A stretch of 64,000 nt of DNA, taken from assembly GCA_964016885.1 (NCBI GenBank), contig OZ024740.1, positions 64,108,001 to 64,172,000 of the forward strand, read 5' to 3'. Below, piece by piece: positions 49,255-63,740 of the stretch. Made by a program: the position numbers and the translations under genes. Each line of letters opens with the position of its first letter. Position 1 is the stretch's first letter. The notes under the pieces were generated by a model, which was not told where the DNA came from, ran no database searches, and saw nothing but the letters and a program-made list of their open reading frames with translations. The stretch is from Eledone cirrhosa. Taxonomy: Eukaryota.

Positions 49255-50125
49255 TGCATGTTTGGCTTGGCTGAGCTGGATTGATTTGTATAGTAGTGCG
49301 ATGTGAGCCAGGCTCGGTTGGCTAAGCTGATATTGTTTGGCTGGGTTAAATGAACAAAGTAGGTTTGGTTAAGGTGAGCTGCCCTAGCTTGGATTGGCCG
49401 AAGGGTGATGACATAGCTGCATTTGGTTGAGTAGGTTTAACTGGCATGTGTGGACTGAGCTGAGTAGGTCTCGTTTGATTGACAGAGTTGGCCGTGCTAA
49501 AAAAGCTCCGTGTGGCTGTAATGGGCTGAACAGGCATGGCTAGTTTGGCTTGGCCAAGCTAACTTGGCTGATCTGTGCTGAGTAATTCTGGTTGGATTGG
49601 CTTGGCTAAGCTGGCAGACTGGGCTGGGTTGACTATGCCTGGGTAGGTGGGCTGTGCTGGTTCGGCTATGCTGAAATAGGCTGGTTGGCAAGAATGATCT
49701 GACCTGGATGGCTTGGATGGTCTAACCTGGCGTTTCCTAGTAGGGCAGGATAAGCTATGCTTGTTAGTTTGAGCTGGGCTTAGTAGGCTTGACTGAGCCA
49801 AATGGGCTGATCAGGCTGGATATGACTAGTTGGATGAGCTTGGCTGAGCAGGCCAGGCTGTGTTTGGTTGAATGAGTAAAACTGTTTAGGGTGAGTTAGG
49901 CTACTTTCAGGGACTTACAAGGCTGAGCCGTTTTAACCAAACCAAGAGTTCCGGCCTGGAGAGCTTGGATGGGCGTAGGGAATTGGCTGGGATATGTGTG
50001 GCTGGCTGATAAGTATTGGCTGAGCCAGGGTGTTTGCCTGACTGACATTTAGCTAGATTCGCTGGCTAGCTTAGGCTGGTTAGACCTGACTGGCTGAGCT
50101 TAGCCGGCTGGCCTGGTCTCGCTGA
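49255..50125 (+). repeat. degenerate pentamer array (GGCTG/GAGCT/GGCTT/GGTTG)
   Basis: Strand-biased G/T-rich tract with 5-nt periodicity. Confidence 0.75.
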
Positions 50126-50356
50126 GATTTCATGAACTGTTTGATACATAAAGACATATAAAATAAGTACCTGGCTGAAATAAAATACTTTATTGATACA
50201 AACGATTATAAACACTTGAAGGATACGTCCTAACATGGTTGTATCCCAATAAGTGTATCAAATAAAAGAATAGAAAATACATTAATTTTTAGAATGCAGA
50301 GTACTCTAATCTTTAAATAGGATATTTTGTCTAACATGACAGCAGCACATAGCAAA

Positions 50357-50540
50357 ATAATTGTTTCTACTTTTGGCACAAGGCCAGCAATTACCCAGTA
50401 CATTACTGGTACTTTATTTTATCGACCCCATAAGGATGAAAGGCAAAGTTAACCTCGGCGGGATTTGAACTCAGATCGTAAAGGGACGTAACTATGCTGG
50501 AAAGCATGGCGTCCGACTCTCTACCGATACTGCCAATTCA
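50357..50540 (-). mobile_element. tRNA-derived SINE (35560 family)
   Basis: Reverse-complement match to 35570-35750. Confidence 0.85.
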
Positions 50541-50843
50541 AATGTTTGCATAAAACGCCAAATGTATCAGGACATTGTCTACTACATTTACTCGAGGAAT
50601 TGTCATGAAATTGGCAAGCGTAGTGTACGTCAAGTAGGATGCCATGAAAACCTAAAATAGGACATTGTCCTGGAGCCTATCTACGACATTTAGATGGCTA
50701 TGGTGGACAGAGTGTAAAAAGGTCCCAACAGTTCGACATATCAAACGTGTCTTAATATTGAAACAAGTTGCAATTATTTTGCAGCTATTACATCAATAGA
50801 AATAAGCAATAATTTCTCGACATACACAGAAAATATGTTGTTA

Positions 50844-51178
50844 TCTATCTATATACTACTAAAACTCTGTGATTGCTTGTCTGCAATTTAATACAGCTAA
50901 AACGGCACATAATGGGAAAATGCTTTGAAAGGTAGTTGCCTCTGAAATGGGAATACTAATGGAATAAAACAAGTTTCGCGTAAATCAGAGCACGGGTTCC
51001 CGAGATACGAGGTTTTTCCGGGTACCATCATAAATAGGGTGAGAGAGCAATATAGAGGGAAAGAGATAGTGGTTGTGAGAGAGTATATTGAAAGAGAAGG
51101 AGACAGAGAAGGAAAATGGAAGCGATTTAAATAACATATTTTTAAGGGACATGACCCAACGGGTCACGGGTGGTCTAG
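50844..51178 (+). mobile_element. short non-autonomous Helitron
   Basis: 5' A|TCTATCTATATACTA, subterminal GC hairpin acccaacgggtcacgggt, 3' CTAG|T. Confidence 0.6.
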
Positions 51179-52534
51179 TATTTTAATGATGGGTAAGGTT
51201 TTACTGGTCAGATCTCTGATCAAAAGCGTTCCACATATGACAATACTGTCTCTGATATTCAGGTAGAGTATAGTAAGGATTATATTGTCAAATAAGTCTT
51301 TTTCTTTAGTTAATTAGAATTTGTAATTGACGTGAAGGAAATTTGGATGCTATTTCTAGCAGATCGAGTAATGGCATAATATATTTCTTCTGTAGAAAAC
51401 ACTTCAGAATATATACCGTGTTCAATAGCTGCTTCAAGTAATTTCTCAGGAAATTAAAAAATAAAAATAAATATGAAAATTAGAAATATATATTGAAAGC
51501 TGTCTATGAAGGAATTACTTTAGAATGATTCACGAAAATAGTTCCGTTCTCAAATGAACAAAGCAATTCGTGTGTGAGTAAAATGACAAGACGCTGTTAA
51601 GTAAGTCAATCTGCGAATAGAACTAATGGCCACCTGTGTATGACAAATTAAAAAATAGAAATCATACAACCATTATGAGAAGAAGATACAGAACAGCAAG
51701 AGAAATCCAAAAGTGGCTTGTTAAAAAGAAATGAACACTAAATGATGTGGAAAATATCCGGTTGACTGCTGAAGCATATTTTCTTCACAGATGGAGTAAT
51801 TTAATCAAAGAGCACATCAATATTCAATGAAAGAAATCCTCCTTATTTACTCGTTTAAATATCATTATATTCTTCTTCTACGAAAATTTGCGATTGCAAA
51901 TGACATTCCGGTAACATACTTATTCGAACATACATTATTAACATACATTATTTTGTTTAAAAAAACTATTAGTGGTTATAAATAACAAATAACAACCACA
52001 CAGTCAGTAAAATGCTTTTGTCCATTGAAATATTCCAGTAAAATATTTCCAAGAAGTTGGAGTTGTTCATATTTAGTTAAATTTAACATCGTGTGAGAAC
52101 GAATTATCAAGCGTCACGCCATTTCCTTCACCATTAGCAAGTTGATAATTTAATTTGAGTGAAATTTCATCCAAGCATATCAATGGCATATGAAACAGTT
52201 TGGGTATTTTAAGTGATATTCCTCAACTGAAGCAGAGCTTATGAGTGGCATTGCTGACAATGCCGTTGAAAACACCAACCAAGGAAATAAATCATTCGAT
52301 AGAAAACAAAAGGAAACAATGAAAACAGAAGTTAAGTACTTAATTATCATATGATACAGTTTATATAAGTCTGACACTTCTCGCATACGAAGACTTTTCA
52401 CATTCTGACATGATATGTTATATATCAATGTCAAAACGCCATGAACTCAGGAGACAAAACTACAGCTAATAAATGCCCAGGGAGAATTAACTGATACGAT
52501 TGTCAGGAATGTGGCACAAGCGATTTCATTGACG

Positions 52535-52575
52535 TGCTGCTGCTGTTGCTGCTGTTGCTGCTGCTGCTGGTCGTG

Positions 52576-52662
<87 letters not shown>
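52535..52662. repeat. (CTG)n-(CTA)n trinucleotide repeat
   Basis: Read directly from the sequence. Confidence 0.95.
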
Positions 52663-52682
52663 AACAACGTCAACAATAATAA

Positions 52683-55262
52683 TGGTTTCATTAATTGGCC
52701 ACAAGGGCCGACATATAGGGGACAATACAAAAGACTGGGACAGTGGGGGTTTACATATACAACGTGTAAACAATACTAACAATAACAAAATAACAAGAAA
52801 AATACAAGAAAAATTCCCCAATAGGGGGGATGACCACCCATTGTTCACTCAGGTACCCCACCAATCCTGAACGACCCGACGCTACAAGTGCACTCGGGAA
52901 GGGCACCCCTCTCCCCATCAAATTCACCCACCTACAGGCGCATGATCAGAGTAGGCCCACTCAATCAGGCCATTCTCGCCACATTCACCCACCTTTCAGC
53001 AAATGTACTGGGTGTGGGGGTGGGGGTAGGATGGCAGCACTTCTCTCTCTACCCTCACCTTCCTTTCAAGGTTAAACTTGAAAAAGTTGATGAGGGATTG
53101 GCCGAAGAGAAAAGTGTATGTCTTCAGTCTTTTCAATCTGGCCCACGATACAACCTCTTTTGCTACTGCCACCAGACAGAGGAAAATTACCTGCCCTTCA
53201 TGACCAAAAGAAGAAGGCGGGTCGATCTTCACTATAGACTCGGCCGATAGTCGGATCCGTTCTACACGCGACAACACAAGTCAGTAATGCACGGATACTG
53301 GACGAATGCGTGCAGAACGGTTTCGTCGTTCTGTGCACATCTCGGGCAGGTCCGTCTGACAACACTTCCGTGCCTGTAGAGTTTATCTCGAACCGGTAGT
53401 GCTCCCCGGTAGCACTGCCAAGCGAGGGATTTTTGGAAGTTTTCCATCGTCCCCGGCTCGAAGGTCCTCCGGAACAGACTGGTCAGTTCGATTTGGTCGA
53501 CGCCCCGAGCTTTTCCGAGTACGTCATCGCACTTGCTTTAGCTATGACAATGCAACCTTCGTGTTTCGCATTGAAGAAATTGTCTAATGCCATTTTCGCC
53601 ACTAGCACGACAGATGCAATGCCACAACAAATAACCGCGTCTAATTTAGCTACCATCTCCCCCTCCTTTCTATTTTTTCTAACGCCACTTCTTTGCTAAA
53701 ATCTATCGAAATTACACTAATCTCTCTTTTCAGAGCCCCACACCACCCATTGTTGACAACCCCCAGTCAACTTTTGCTTAACTAAATTGTTGACCCGGTT
53801 CCTGTAATCCTTACGTGCCGGAAACATGTTTAGCTTCCTGTAATCAGGTCTTAACCTGCGTGTCCTATCTAGGTCGCCTATTCAGATCACAAAACTGTGA
53901 TCTGAATAGGCGACCGTTTGGAAATGTGGACAACCTATATCATCCTAATAAAAAAAACTATCTATAAACGATCTTGATGACCCTATGTCGTTGGTTTAGG
54001 TCCACACTGGCGCATTAGGGATATCTAGTCGCTAATTGTCAGACAGTTGTAACTGACTGATCAGGTACTTGAGGCGCCCCACCCGCTTCTATCAGCTACT
54101 CCCATACAATCACAGCTTGCGTCTAATATGCCTTTCCAGTCCCCCGCTAACGGTAAAGTGCGAGACGTTCACAGAAAGGCTTCTAGGCGTCTAAAGAAGT
54201 CCGACCGTCCGGCCTCGGCTGGGGCGTAGACGGCCACTGGTCTAGAGGGACCATCTTCGCTATTGTTCACGTCCAGGACCACCAACTTACAGTTTGGGTC
54301 CCGCAAGATCAACCTTACTTCGAGATCCAGGCCTTTCCTAAACAGCACTGCCGCCCCATCTCCCATTCCCTGATAGTCGTCGGAAATGGGGGCTAGTGCG
54401 CGCGTGTAGGAAATCCTGGTCTTACTGACGGCAATCACATCCATATCTAGCGACCTGAGGTAGTTGAGCAGGCAACTCTGCTTACAGGACGACCCCTGGC
54501 CATGAGCATTTAGATGGCGATATTGGTAGGTTAAAAGAAAGAGGAATTGTTTACTTACTTGCTGGGTGCTTGTGGAAATCAGGTGGTTTGACCTTCATGA
54601 TTGGTGGGGTTTTCTTTGGGAAACGCTTGAAAAGTCTTGATGTGAATTTCATATTCGGGGTTCCCATGTCCCGAGGAAAGCTCTTCCTAATCGCACCGAG
54701 TGACATACGTACGATCCTCAAGTGCGTGAAATGTGCTGCTACAGCATATTTCCCCCTTTTTTCCTGCGTCATACCTTCGTGCTATCAAGGCCATCAAATC
54801 CTTTTTGGCCCTTATTAGTATGAATTTGTGTGCCTTTTGTCTTTTTTGTGTGTTTCTTGCTGTTATTTACGTTTGGGGGATTGAGGTAGTGCTGGTGGTG
54901 TTGGTGTTAGGGTTAGGATTAGGGTTAGTGTTGAGGAAGCGTTTGTGTTTGTTGTGTGTATGGTGTCTGCATTTTTTGTTGTGGGTGTTTTGCTTGGAGT
55001 TTATTTGTGTGCCTTTTGTTTTTGCTTTAGGTTGTGCCTCGTCTTCGCTGCTGGAAGACGAGGTGCCTGTGTCTGTAAGTGTATTTTTATCTGTATGTGT
55101 GTGTTTGCGTTTCTGTTTGTGTCAATGTGTGTATTTTGGAGTGAGGGGGAATGGGAGAATTTTCCTCATTTTCCCTTAGGGTGGCCAAAACTGGTGGTGG
55201 TATTTCCATTGATATCGCCATTGGTGGTGTTTCCGGTGCTGGTTTTGATGGGAGTAGGGTTT
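52683..55262 (-). mobile_element. decayed Tx1-like element (ORF1 tail, APE, RT largely deleted, zf-RVT C-terminus)
   Basis: MDVIAVSKTRIS...LVVLDV...AVYAP...DFFRRLEAFL; YSDH motif at ~53890; LAWQCYRGALPVRDKL...CPRCAQNDETVLH; FFKFNLERKVRVEREVL. Confidence 0.85.
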
Positions 55263-57506
55263 AGTTGAATCAAGTTTTTGTAATACATACCACATAATTT
55301 TGAAGATATATTGATGAAATAGAGCATAGCACTTGATGACATCAATGTGAACAGAAAACCAAACAATATAAGGACATAAATGCTGACTAAAATATATTCA
55401 AAAGAGAAAGGGATAAGGCAAGTAATAATGCTGAAAGCATGACTTAGCATATCATAGCGAGGATTTTATTAATAATTTGAAAGAAATCAAACACACATAG
55501 AAATAAGATGATCCAAACCACTCAACTGGATAGGGTTGTTGAACCAGAAAAAAAAGCTGCCTCTTGAAATATCCCATTTCAACAAACGATAATATAATAT
55601 ATATCAAAATTAAATATGAGAAATTATCCAAATATATAAATCGGGAAATTGCGACATCTAGAATGTGGGGATTGAAAACAGAAACGATAATTATAGGTCT
55701 CTCAAGAATTATTAAAAATATACAGATGGATGCATAACCAACGCAGCTACACAGAGAAAATAACACTTCTAGGCGCTACACATATATTTTAATACAATAC
55801 ATTTGAAAAGCCAAACTAATATGCTGCATGCACGCCCAAGGCACACATACCTGCATTATATTGTGCAGTGAATTTTTGGGCCGATGGAATTATCTGTTAA
55901 ATCGATCCAGTAATTGACTGGTATTTTATTTTATCCATCCCGATAGCTCAAATTGTTTCGTAAAAATAAAAGATTAGCAGACAAAATAAAAATTTCTAGT
56001 AAATAGAGTGAACGAATCAAATCAATAGTTATAAGTTCATATTATATCCTTTTACGACTGTTACCAGTGTTATGATTCTATGCTCATTAAACTGGTATGA
56101 TCTTAGAAACTTTAGATTTGACTTTCATCCAAGAATTAAAGAAAAGAGACTACTAATATCATGGGAAAACTCAACATTAAACTTATTCTCTATATTGACT
56201 TGGTGATTCGTTCACAACTAATTTAACAAGATAAAGTGAAGTCATAAATCGTTGATGAAGCCAAACACAGAAGCAACACAGGAATGGCATTTCGTACTGT
56301 CTGTAAAAGCGGAAAGTAAAAATATAATCTTCAACTAATATACATCTCTCAGACTTTTTAGAAATTAAATATACTAACACTGAGATTTTTTTATAGTTTA
56401 GAATGTTTATGTTGAATGCATTAAATATGTTAATACTAACTTATAAAAACTGTTATGCGGTGCATCATGACTTATTTCCTTCGTCATACACACAAGCACT
56501 CCATTTACAAACTCGGTCCTTCCAAAAACTTTAGCCAAATCTCCGACAAATTACATATGTGATGATTATATTAGATACTGTCGTCTCGCATATCCTAAGA
56601 CAAGTAGTCATGGCAAGAACCATTAGCTCATAAGAGTGTCCATATAAGATTTTGATATATTCAAATGACACGAGTTGCAAACATTTAATGATATAGGGGA
56701 CTCTTGTCGTTGAACTAAAAGGGAGGAAGATTTTAGTTTCATATCATTATTTGCTTTCTCTTCCTCATTATCCAACGAATGATTGTAATTGAACTTATGC
56801 GACTTTTTTAGGAATTTATTTGAATGTACGCAGATCATCATCAGTTTCGTAATGATCAAATACATATTTTTACATTGTGTATAAGACCATCCATTTGAAG
56901 GGCAGGGGAAAGTCGATTAAATCGACTCCAGTGCGTTACTGATATTTTATTATTTCGTCGAACCTCAGTGGTATTTGAACTCAGAATATATATATATATA
57001 TAGTCAGTTTCTACATGCTGTTGAAATTTTGGGTAAATACTCTATTGGGGTCACTGTGAAGAGGCCGCTTTCGGTTATTTATCAAATATTTCTTCATAGG
57101 AGCCTTTATTCTTATAGCCTGGTCTAATTGATTTTTCTATATGGTTAATTATGCTAATTGGGAGAGGAAATGGTATATATTTTATCTAATAATTCTAAGG
57201 ACATGATTTACGATATATTGTTCTGATTATTTAATTTATTAATTCTTCATTGAGCTACAACGTGACCGGTTGCCACATATATATCTGTGACTTTATGTAT
57301 ATGTAAATCTTTATATTTAATAATCTCCCGTTGGGTTGAGATGGAATTGGGCGATATTGGGCTGCGCTTTCTAGCAACCAGCCTACCCGCCATAAGCAAC
57401 TAATCACATTCTTTCTAACTTGACCACTGCGACGTCACGATTCTTAGCCATTTTTGAATCTATTTTTGGCGCGATCGCTTTGGAAAATTAACTGTCCAAC
57501 TGAGTT

Positions 57507-57588
57507 TGTCTCCTGAAGAGTCTGTTACTCTAGGTTCATCCTTAACAGTAGGATATCTAAAAATACGGACGAAACCATGGTAGAGATG
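57507..57588 (+). ncRNA. type I hammerhead ribozyme, predicted cleavage after 57582
   Basis: tgtctc CTGAAGA gtctgt...acggac GAAA ccatgg TA gagatg. Confidence 0.87.
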
Positions 57589-58163
57589 TAATTACGGTAT
57601 GTACACGTTTCTTCTAAGTTTAAATTTACACCTAATTGTGTATGGTTGACGGTATATTTAGTCAGTTTCTACATGCTGTTGAAATGTTGGGTAAATACTC
57701 TATTGGGTTCACCGTGAAGAGGCCGCGTTCGGTTATTTATCAAATATTTCTTCATAGGAGCCTTTATTCTTATAGCCTGGTCTAATTGATTTTTAATATG
57801 GTTAATTATGCTAATTGGGAGAGGAAATGGTATATATTTTATCTAATAATTCTAAGGACATGATTTACGATATATTACTCTGATTATTTAATTTATTAAT
57901 TCTTCTTTGAGCCACAACGTGACCGGTTGCCACATATATATCTGTGACTTTATATATATGTAAATCTTTATATTTAATAATATCCCGTTGGGTTAAGATG
58001 CAATTGGGTGATATTGGGCTGCGCTTTCTAGCAACCAGCCTACCCGCCGTAAGCAACTAATCACATTCTTTCTAATTTGACCACTGCCACGTCACGATTC
58101 TTAGCCATTTTTGAATCTATTTTTGGCGCGATCGCTTTGGAAAATTAACTGTCCAACTGAGTT

Positions 58164-58245
58164 TGTCTCCTGAAGAGTCTGTTACTCTAGGTTCATCCTT
58201 AACAGTATGATATCTAAAAATACGGACGAAACCATGGTAGAGATA
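58164..58245 (+). ncRNA. type I hammerhead ribozyme, predicted cleavage after 58239
   Basis: tgtctc CTGAAGA gtctgt...acggac GAAA ccatgg TA gagata. Confidence 0.87.
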
Positions 58246-58524
58246 TAATTACGGTATGTACACGTTTCTTCTAAGTTTAAATTTACACCTAATTGTGTAT
58301 GGTTGACGGTATATTTAGTCAGTTTCTACATGCTGTTGAAATGTTGTGTAAATACTCTATTGGGGTCACCGCGAAGAGGCCGCTTTCGGTTATTTATCAA
58401 ATATTTCTTCATAGGAGCCTTTATTCTTATAGCCTGGTCTAATTGATTTTTTACATGGTTAATTATGCTAATTGGGAGAGGAAATGGTATATATTTTATC
58501 TAATAATTCTAAGGACATGATTTA

Positions 58525-58562
<38 letters not shown>

Positions 58563-58569
<7 letters not shown>

Positions 58570-59252
58570 ATAAAACATGTGTATAGAATCACAAGATAAA
58601 ATATATACTATTTCCTCTCCCAATTAGCATAATTAACTATATAAAAAATCGAATAGACCAGGCTATACGAATGAGGCTTCTATGAAGGAATCTCCAACAA
58701 ATAAGCAAGACTAGCGCTTTGCGTCGGCCGTAGTGGAATATTTATCGAATATTTCGACAGCGTAATCGCCTAGATACAGTCAACTAAGCAGCATTAGGTT
58801 TAAAATAAACTAGGAGAAAATAGAATACATTTAAATACCTCTACCATGGTTTCGTCCGTGTTTTGAGTTTTCCAATAATTATGTAATAATTATATAAACT
58901 CGAGCGCCGGATTCTTCAGGAAGCTCGCTCATATCTAGACATTAAATTTTCCAAAACGATCGCGCCAAGAATTCATTTCAAAATGGCTAAAAATCGTGAC
59001 GTAGTCGCGGTCAAGTTGGAAGGGGTGTGGTAGTTGCTTACGACTGGTGGCATTTTTGCTAGAAAGCACAGCACAATACAGCCAAATTTTTATCTCAACC
59101 TAGTGGGAGATTATTACATATAAAAGTTTACATATATATATATACATACACATACATATACGTGTTTGGCAACCGGTCACTTTGTGGCTGAATGAAAAAT
59201 TAATAAATTAAACAATCAGAGCTATATATCATAAAACATGTCTATAGAATCA
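58563..59252 (-). mobile_element. diverged inverted monomer of the 657-bp family with a hammerhead at 58838-58923
   Basis: Minus strand: cttc CTGAAGA atccg...cggac GAAA ccatgg TA gagg; the rest aligns to the unit. Confidence 0.85.
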
Positions 59253-59253
59253 G

Positions 59254-59292
<39 letters not shown>

Positions 59293-59332
59293 ATATATAT
59301 ACTATATATACTGATTCTATAGACATGTTTTA

Positions 59333-59391
<59 letters not shown>

Positions 59392-59392
<1 letters not shown>

Positions 59393-60471
59393 TAGCTGAA
59401 TTTCCCGTCATTACCCGGGTTGTTGCTGTTCTTATTCAGATTAGTAAACAATAAATATGAAGACATGTTTTTTTTTCTTATAATTATTTCAAAAGAGCTA
59501 TAGTTTATTAAAAAATATCAAAATTGTAATGGTAATAGAATTTAGAAATGAAAATCTGTTAATCTTGAAGCAATTTAGGGTAAACAATAATCATTGTGTA
59601 ATTCATGTATGTGTAGATGTGTGTAATAACGTACCTAATGAACGCACAAACACACGCACACTCAGACACATATTCATATACAAAATGTGACGTCCTATAG
59701 TTTTAATCTAAATGAAAATAAAAATTATCACACATACACTCACACACACATACACTCACACACACATACACTCTCACATACACCCTCACATACACTCACA
59801 CACACTGACTCATACACTCACATACATATACTAAGAAGGACACACACAGACATACATTCACGCTCACCTGTCTGTCATCACATATGTATCTGTATGTGTA
59901 GATGTGTGTGCGCCGTCATGATGGTGGTGGTGGTGGTTTACTATTGTTGACTAAAGAAAATATTATGTCAGTCAACACACATGCACTCACACACACATAC
60001 ACTCTCACATACACCCACTCACACATACACTCTAACAAACATTCACATACATATACTAAGACAGACACATACACATACAAAATGTGAGGTCTACACTCTC
60101 ACATACACTGACACACATTATGTGTATGTATGTGTAGATGTGTGTGTGTTTAATTCTCTGAGGCCTAACATACATAATGAACGCACAAACACACACACAC
60201 CCATAGACACACCTACAGACACATATACAGTCATATACAAAATGTGTGTGTGGTGGTGGTGGTGGTGGTGGTGGTTTACTATAGTTGACTATAAAAATAT
60301 TATTTTAGATAAAATCTTATATTGTTTTAATCCAAATGAAAATAAAAATTACATGTTGACACCCCCGTGGTCTAATATTACCTTGTAAAATATGATTTGA
60401 TTTGGTCCAGTCTTTAGAGAATGCATAGGAACAGACAGACAGAGAGACAAAGAATTTTATATATAGAGAGA
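59392..60471 (-). mobile_element. non-autonomous Helitron with internal (CA)-rich repeats
   Basis: Minus strand: 5' A|TCTCTCTATATATAA...(CTGT)n; 3' hairpin cccgggtaatgacggg then CTAG|T. Homologous to 63023-63741. Confidence 0.75.
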
Positions 60472-60474
60472 TAT

Positions 60475-60544
<70 letters not shown>

Positions 60545-60546
<2 letters not shown>

Positions 60547-60996
60547 CTATCTATCTAAGGCGGGTAAAATTCCCGAGATCCATGGACGAGTTCTCTCCAG
60601 CGGTCTCTGTCCCTCATTATCGCTGCCATATCCTGCATCTCCAACAGACCAGTGTCTGTCCTTAGGGCATCAACATATGTTAACCTTGAAAATCCGCCTC
60701 TTCATTGCTGTAGTGGAGTCTGTGCTGCTGTATGGGTCTGAGACTTGGACACTGACCAGGAAACTCACTCAGATGGTGGATGGGTGCTACACGAGAATGC
60801 TGAGGATGGCTCTGAACGTTAATCAGTATACACTGAGGATGAAAAACTCAGAGCTGTATGGGAGCATCCCAAAAGTCAGCTCAAAAGTGACACAGAGGAG
60901 ACTGAGGTTGGCTGGACATGCTCACCGACATCCAGAGTTGACATTGCACTCAGTGCTCCTTTGGGAGCCCCTACATGGACACACTGGAAGAGGAAG

Positions 60997-61006
<10 letters not shown>
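60545..61006. mobile_element. RTE-clade LINE 3' fragment with 5' inversion
   Basis: Plus strand 60680-61006: [22 protein letters not shown]...RLRLAGH...GRGR. Minus strand 60678-60556: [11 protein letters not shown]...[11 protein letters not shown]...* followed by a (GATA) tail. Confidence 0.82.
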
Positions 61007-61066
<60 letters not shown>

Positions 61067-61072
61067 GCAAAA

Positions 61073-61106
<34 letters not shown>

Positions 61107-61193
61107 TTGTATATATACATATGTATATATATATATACATTTTTTCCAATTCCACACCACCCGTCCCTTCAATCTATCTTTTTTATCATTCTT

Positions 61194-61229
61194 TCTTCTG
61201 ATGAAGGACTAGTGTCCGTAACGTTAAGA
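61194..61229 (+). ncRNA. hammerhead motif with GAAA>GTAA mutation (probably inactive)
   Basis: tctt CTGATGA a ggac tagt gtcc GTAA cg TT aaga. Flanks are homologous to 48560-48705. Confidence 0.55.
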
Positions 61230-61310
61230 CCCTCTTCCTGCTATATCAAGCGTTAACCTAATATATTCCTTCCCTATACTGTACCGATTGTGTTGTTATT
61301 TCTGTTTACC

Positions 61311-61451
<141 letters not shown>

Positions 61452-61671
61452 CACACGCTCACATATATATGTATATATATGTTTATCCCAGGTTCATTCG
61501 AGGGTACCCACAGTAAGTAAGGTACTCACTACATAGCAGAGTATACATATTTAATATAGAAATGGCTTCTACAGGACTAGAACTGTTTCATTCATTCAGG
61601 AGAGATCACCAGGAAACCCACCTTTCTTCATGATTTATCCCGAATGAAAGAGTTCTAGTCCTTTAGAAGCC

Positions 61672-62656
<985 letters not shown>

Positions 62657-62817
62657 AAAGGTTTGGTAGAAATATCCAAGGGTAAGAGCACTCAGTCCAT
62701 AGGACGATAGTATAAATAATTACAACATGTATCTTTATTTTAATTTTTCTTATGACAAGTTGAATGAGTGGGGGCCAGAACCTAACGAGACTTAAGTACC
62801 TGTTTATGTCACTGTGG

Positions 62818-62892
<75 letters not shown>

Positions 62893-62954
62893 ACAGCTAT
62901 ATACACATATATATATATAGATATCCACAGATATCTACACACATCCACATATAT

Positions 62955-62987
<33 letters not shown>

Positions 62988-63022
62988 GTTTGTGTGTATG
63001 TGTGTGTGTGTGTGTATATACA

Positions 63023-63740
63023 TCTCTATATGTATAACATTCTTTGTCTGTCTGTTCCTATGCATTCTCCAACGGCTGGACCAAATCAAATTTTACAAGG
63101 TAATAGTATTTTATTTTCATTTGGATTAAAACAATATAACATTTTATCTAAAATAATCTTTCTATAGTCATAGTGAACTATAGTAAACCACCACCACCAC
63201 GACTACGTCACATTTTGTATATGAGTGTGTATGTGTCTGTGAGTGTGTGTGTGTGTTTGCGAGTTCGTTACGTATGTTAGACATCCGAGAATTAAACACA
63301 CACACATATATAGCCTTAGTAAGTTGCATACACATTATCTTCACACACAGACAATTAAACACACACACACATCTACACATATAGATACATATGTGGTGAC
63401 AGATATGTAATAGGTGTGCGTGAATGTATGTCTGTGTGTGTCTGTCTTAGTATATGTATGTGAGTGTATGTGAGAGTGTATGTGTGTGAGTGTGCTGCAA
63501 CAATTTATTCATTTGGACACCAACAAAAAATTACAAAATGAACATCGTTTACCCTAATGTGCTTCAAGATCGACAGATTTTCATTCATAAATACTATTAT
63601 CATTACAATTTTGATACTTTTTCATAAAATATATTGATATTTTGAAATAATTATGAGAAGAAAAACTTATCTTCATATTTATTGTTTACTAATCTGAATA
63701 AGAACAGCAGTAACCCGGGCAACGCCGGGTAATTCAGCTA

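Larger units (their letters stand above)
57003..58527 (+). mobile_element. ~2.3 tandem copies of a 657-bp hammerhead-containing unit (retrozyme/Penelope pLTR-like)
   Basis: Unit starts gtcagtttctacatgctg at 57003, 57661 and 58318. (TA)n lies at both ends. Confidence 0.92.

Noticed and set aside
52503-52779. Poly-Ser and poly-Leu ORFs
   Set aside because: These are translations of (CTA)n/(CTG)n repeats.
61563-61671. Inverted repeat with CTGGTGA...GAAA (related sequence at ~29790-29842) as a hammerhead
   Set aside because: The core is mutated and stems I and III could not be assigned; only the ~30-bp IR is supported.
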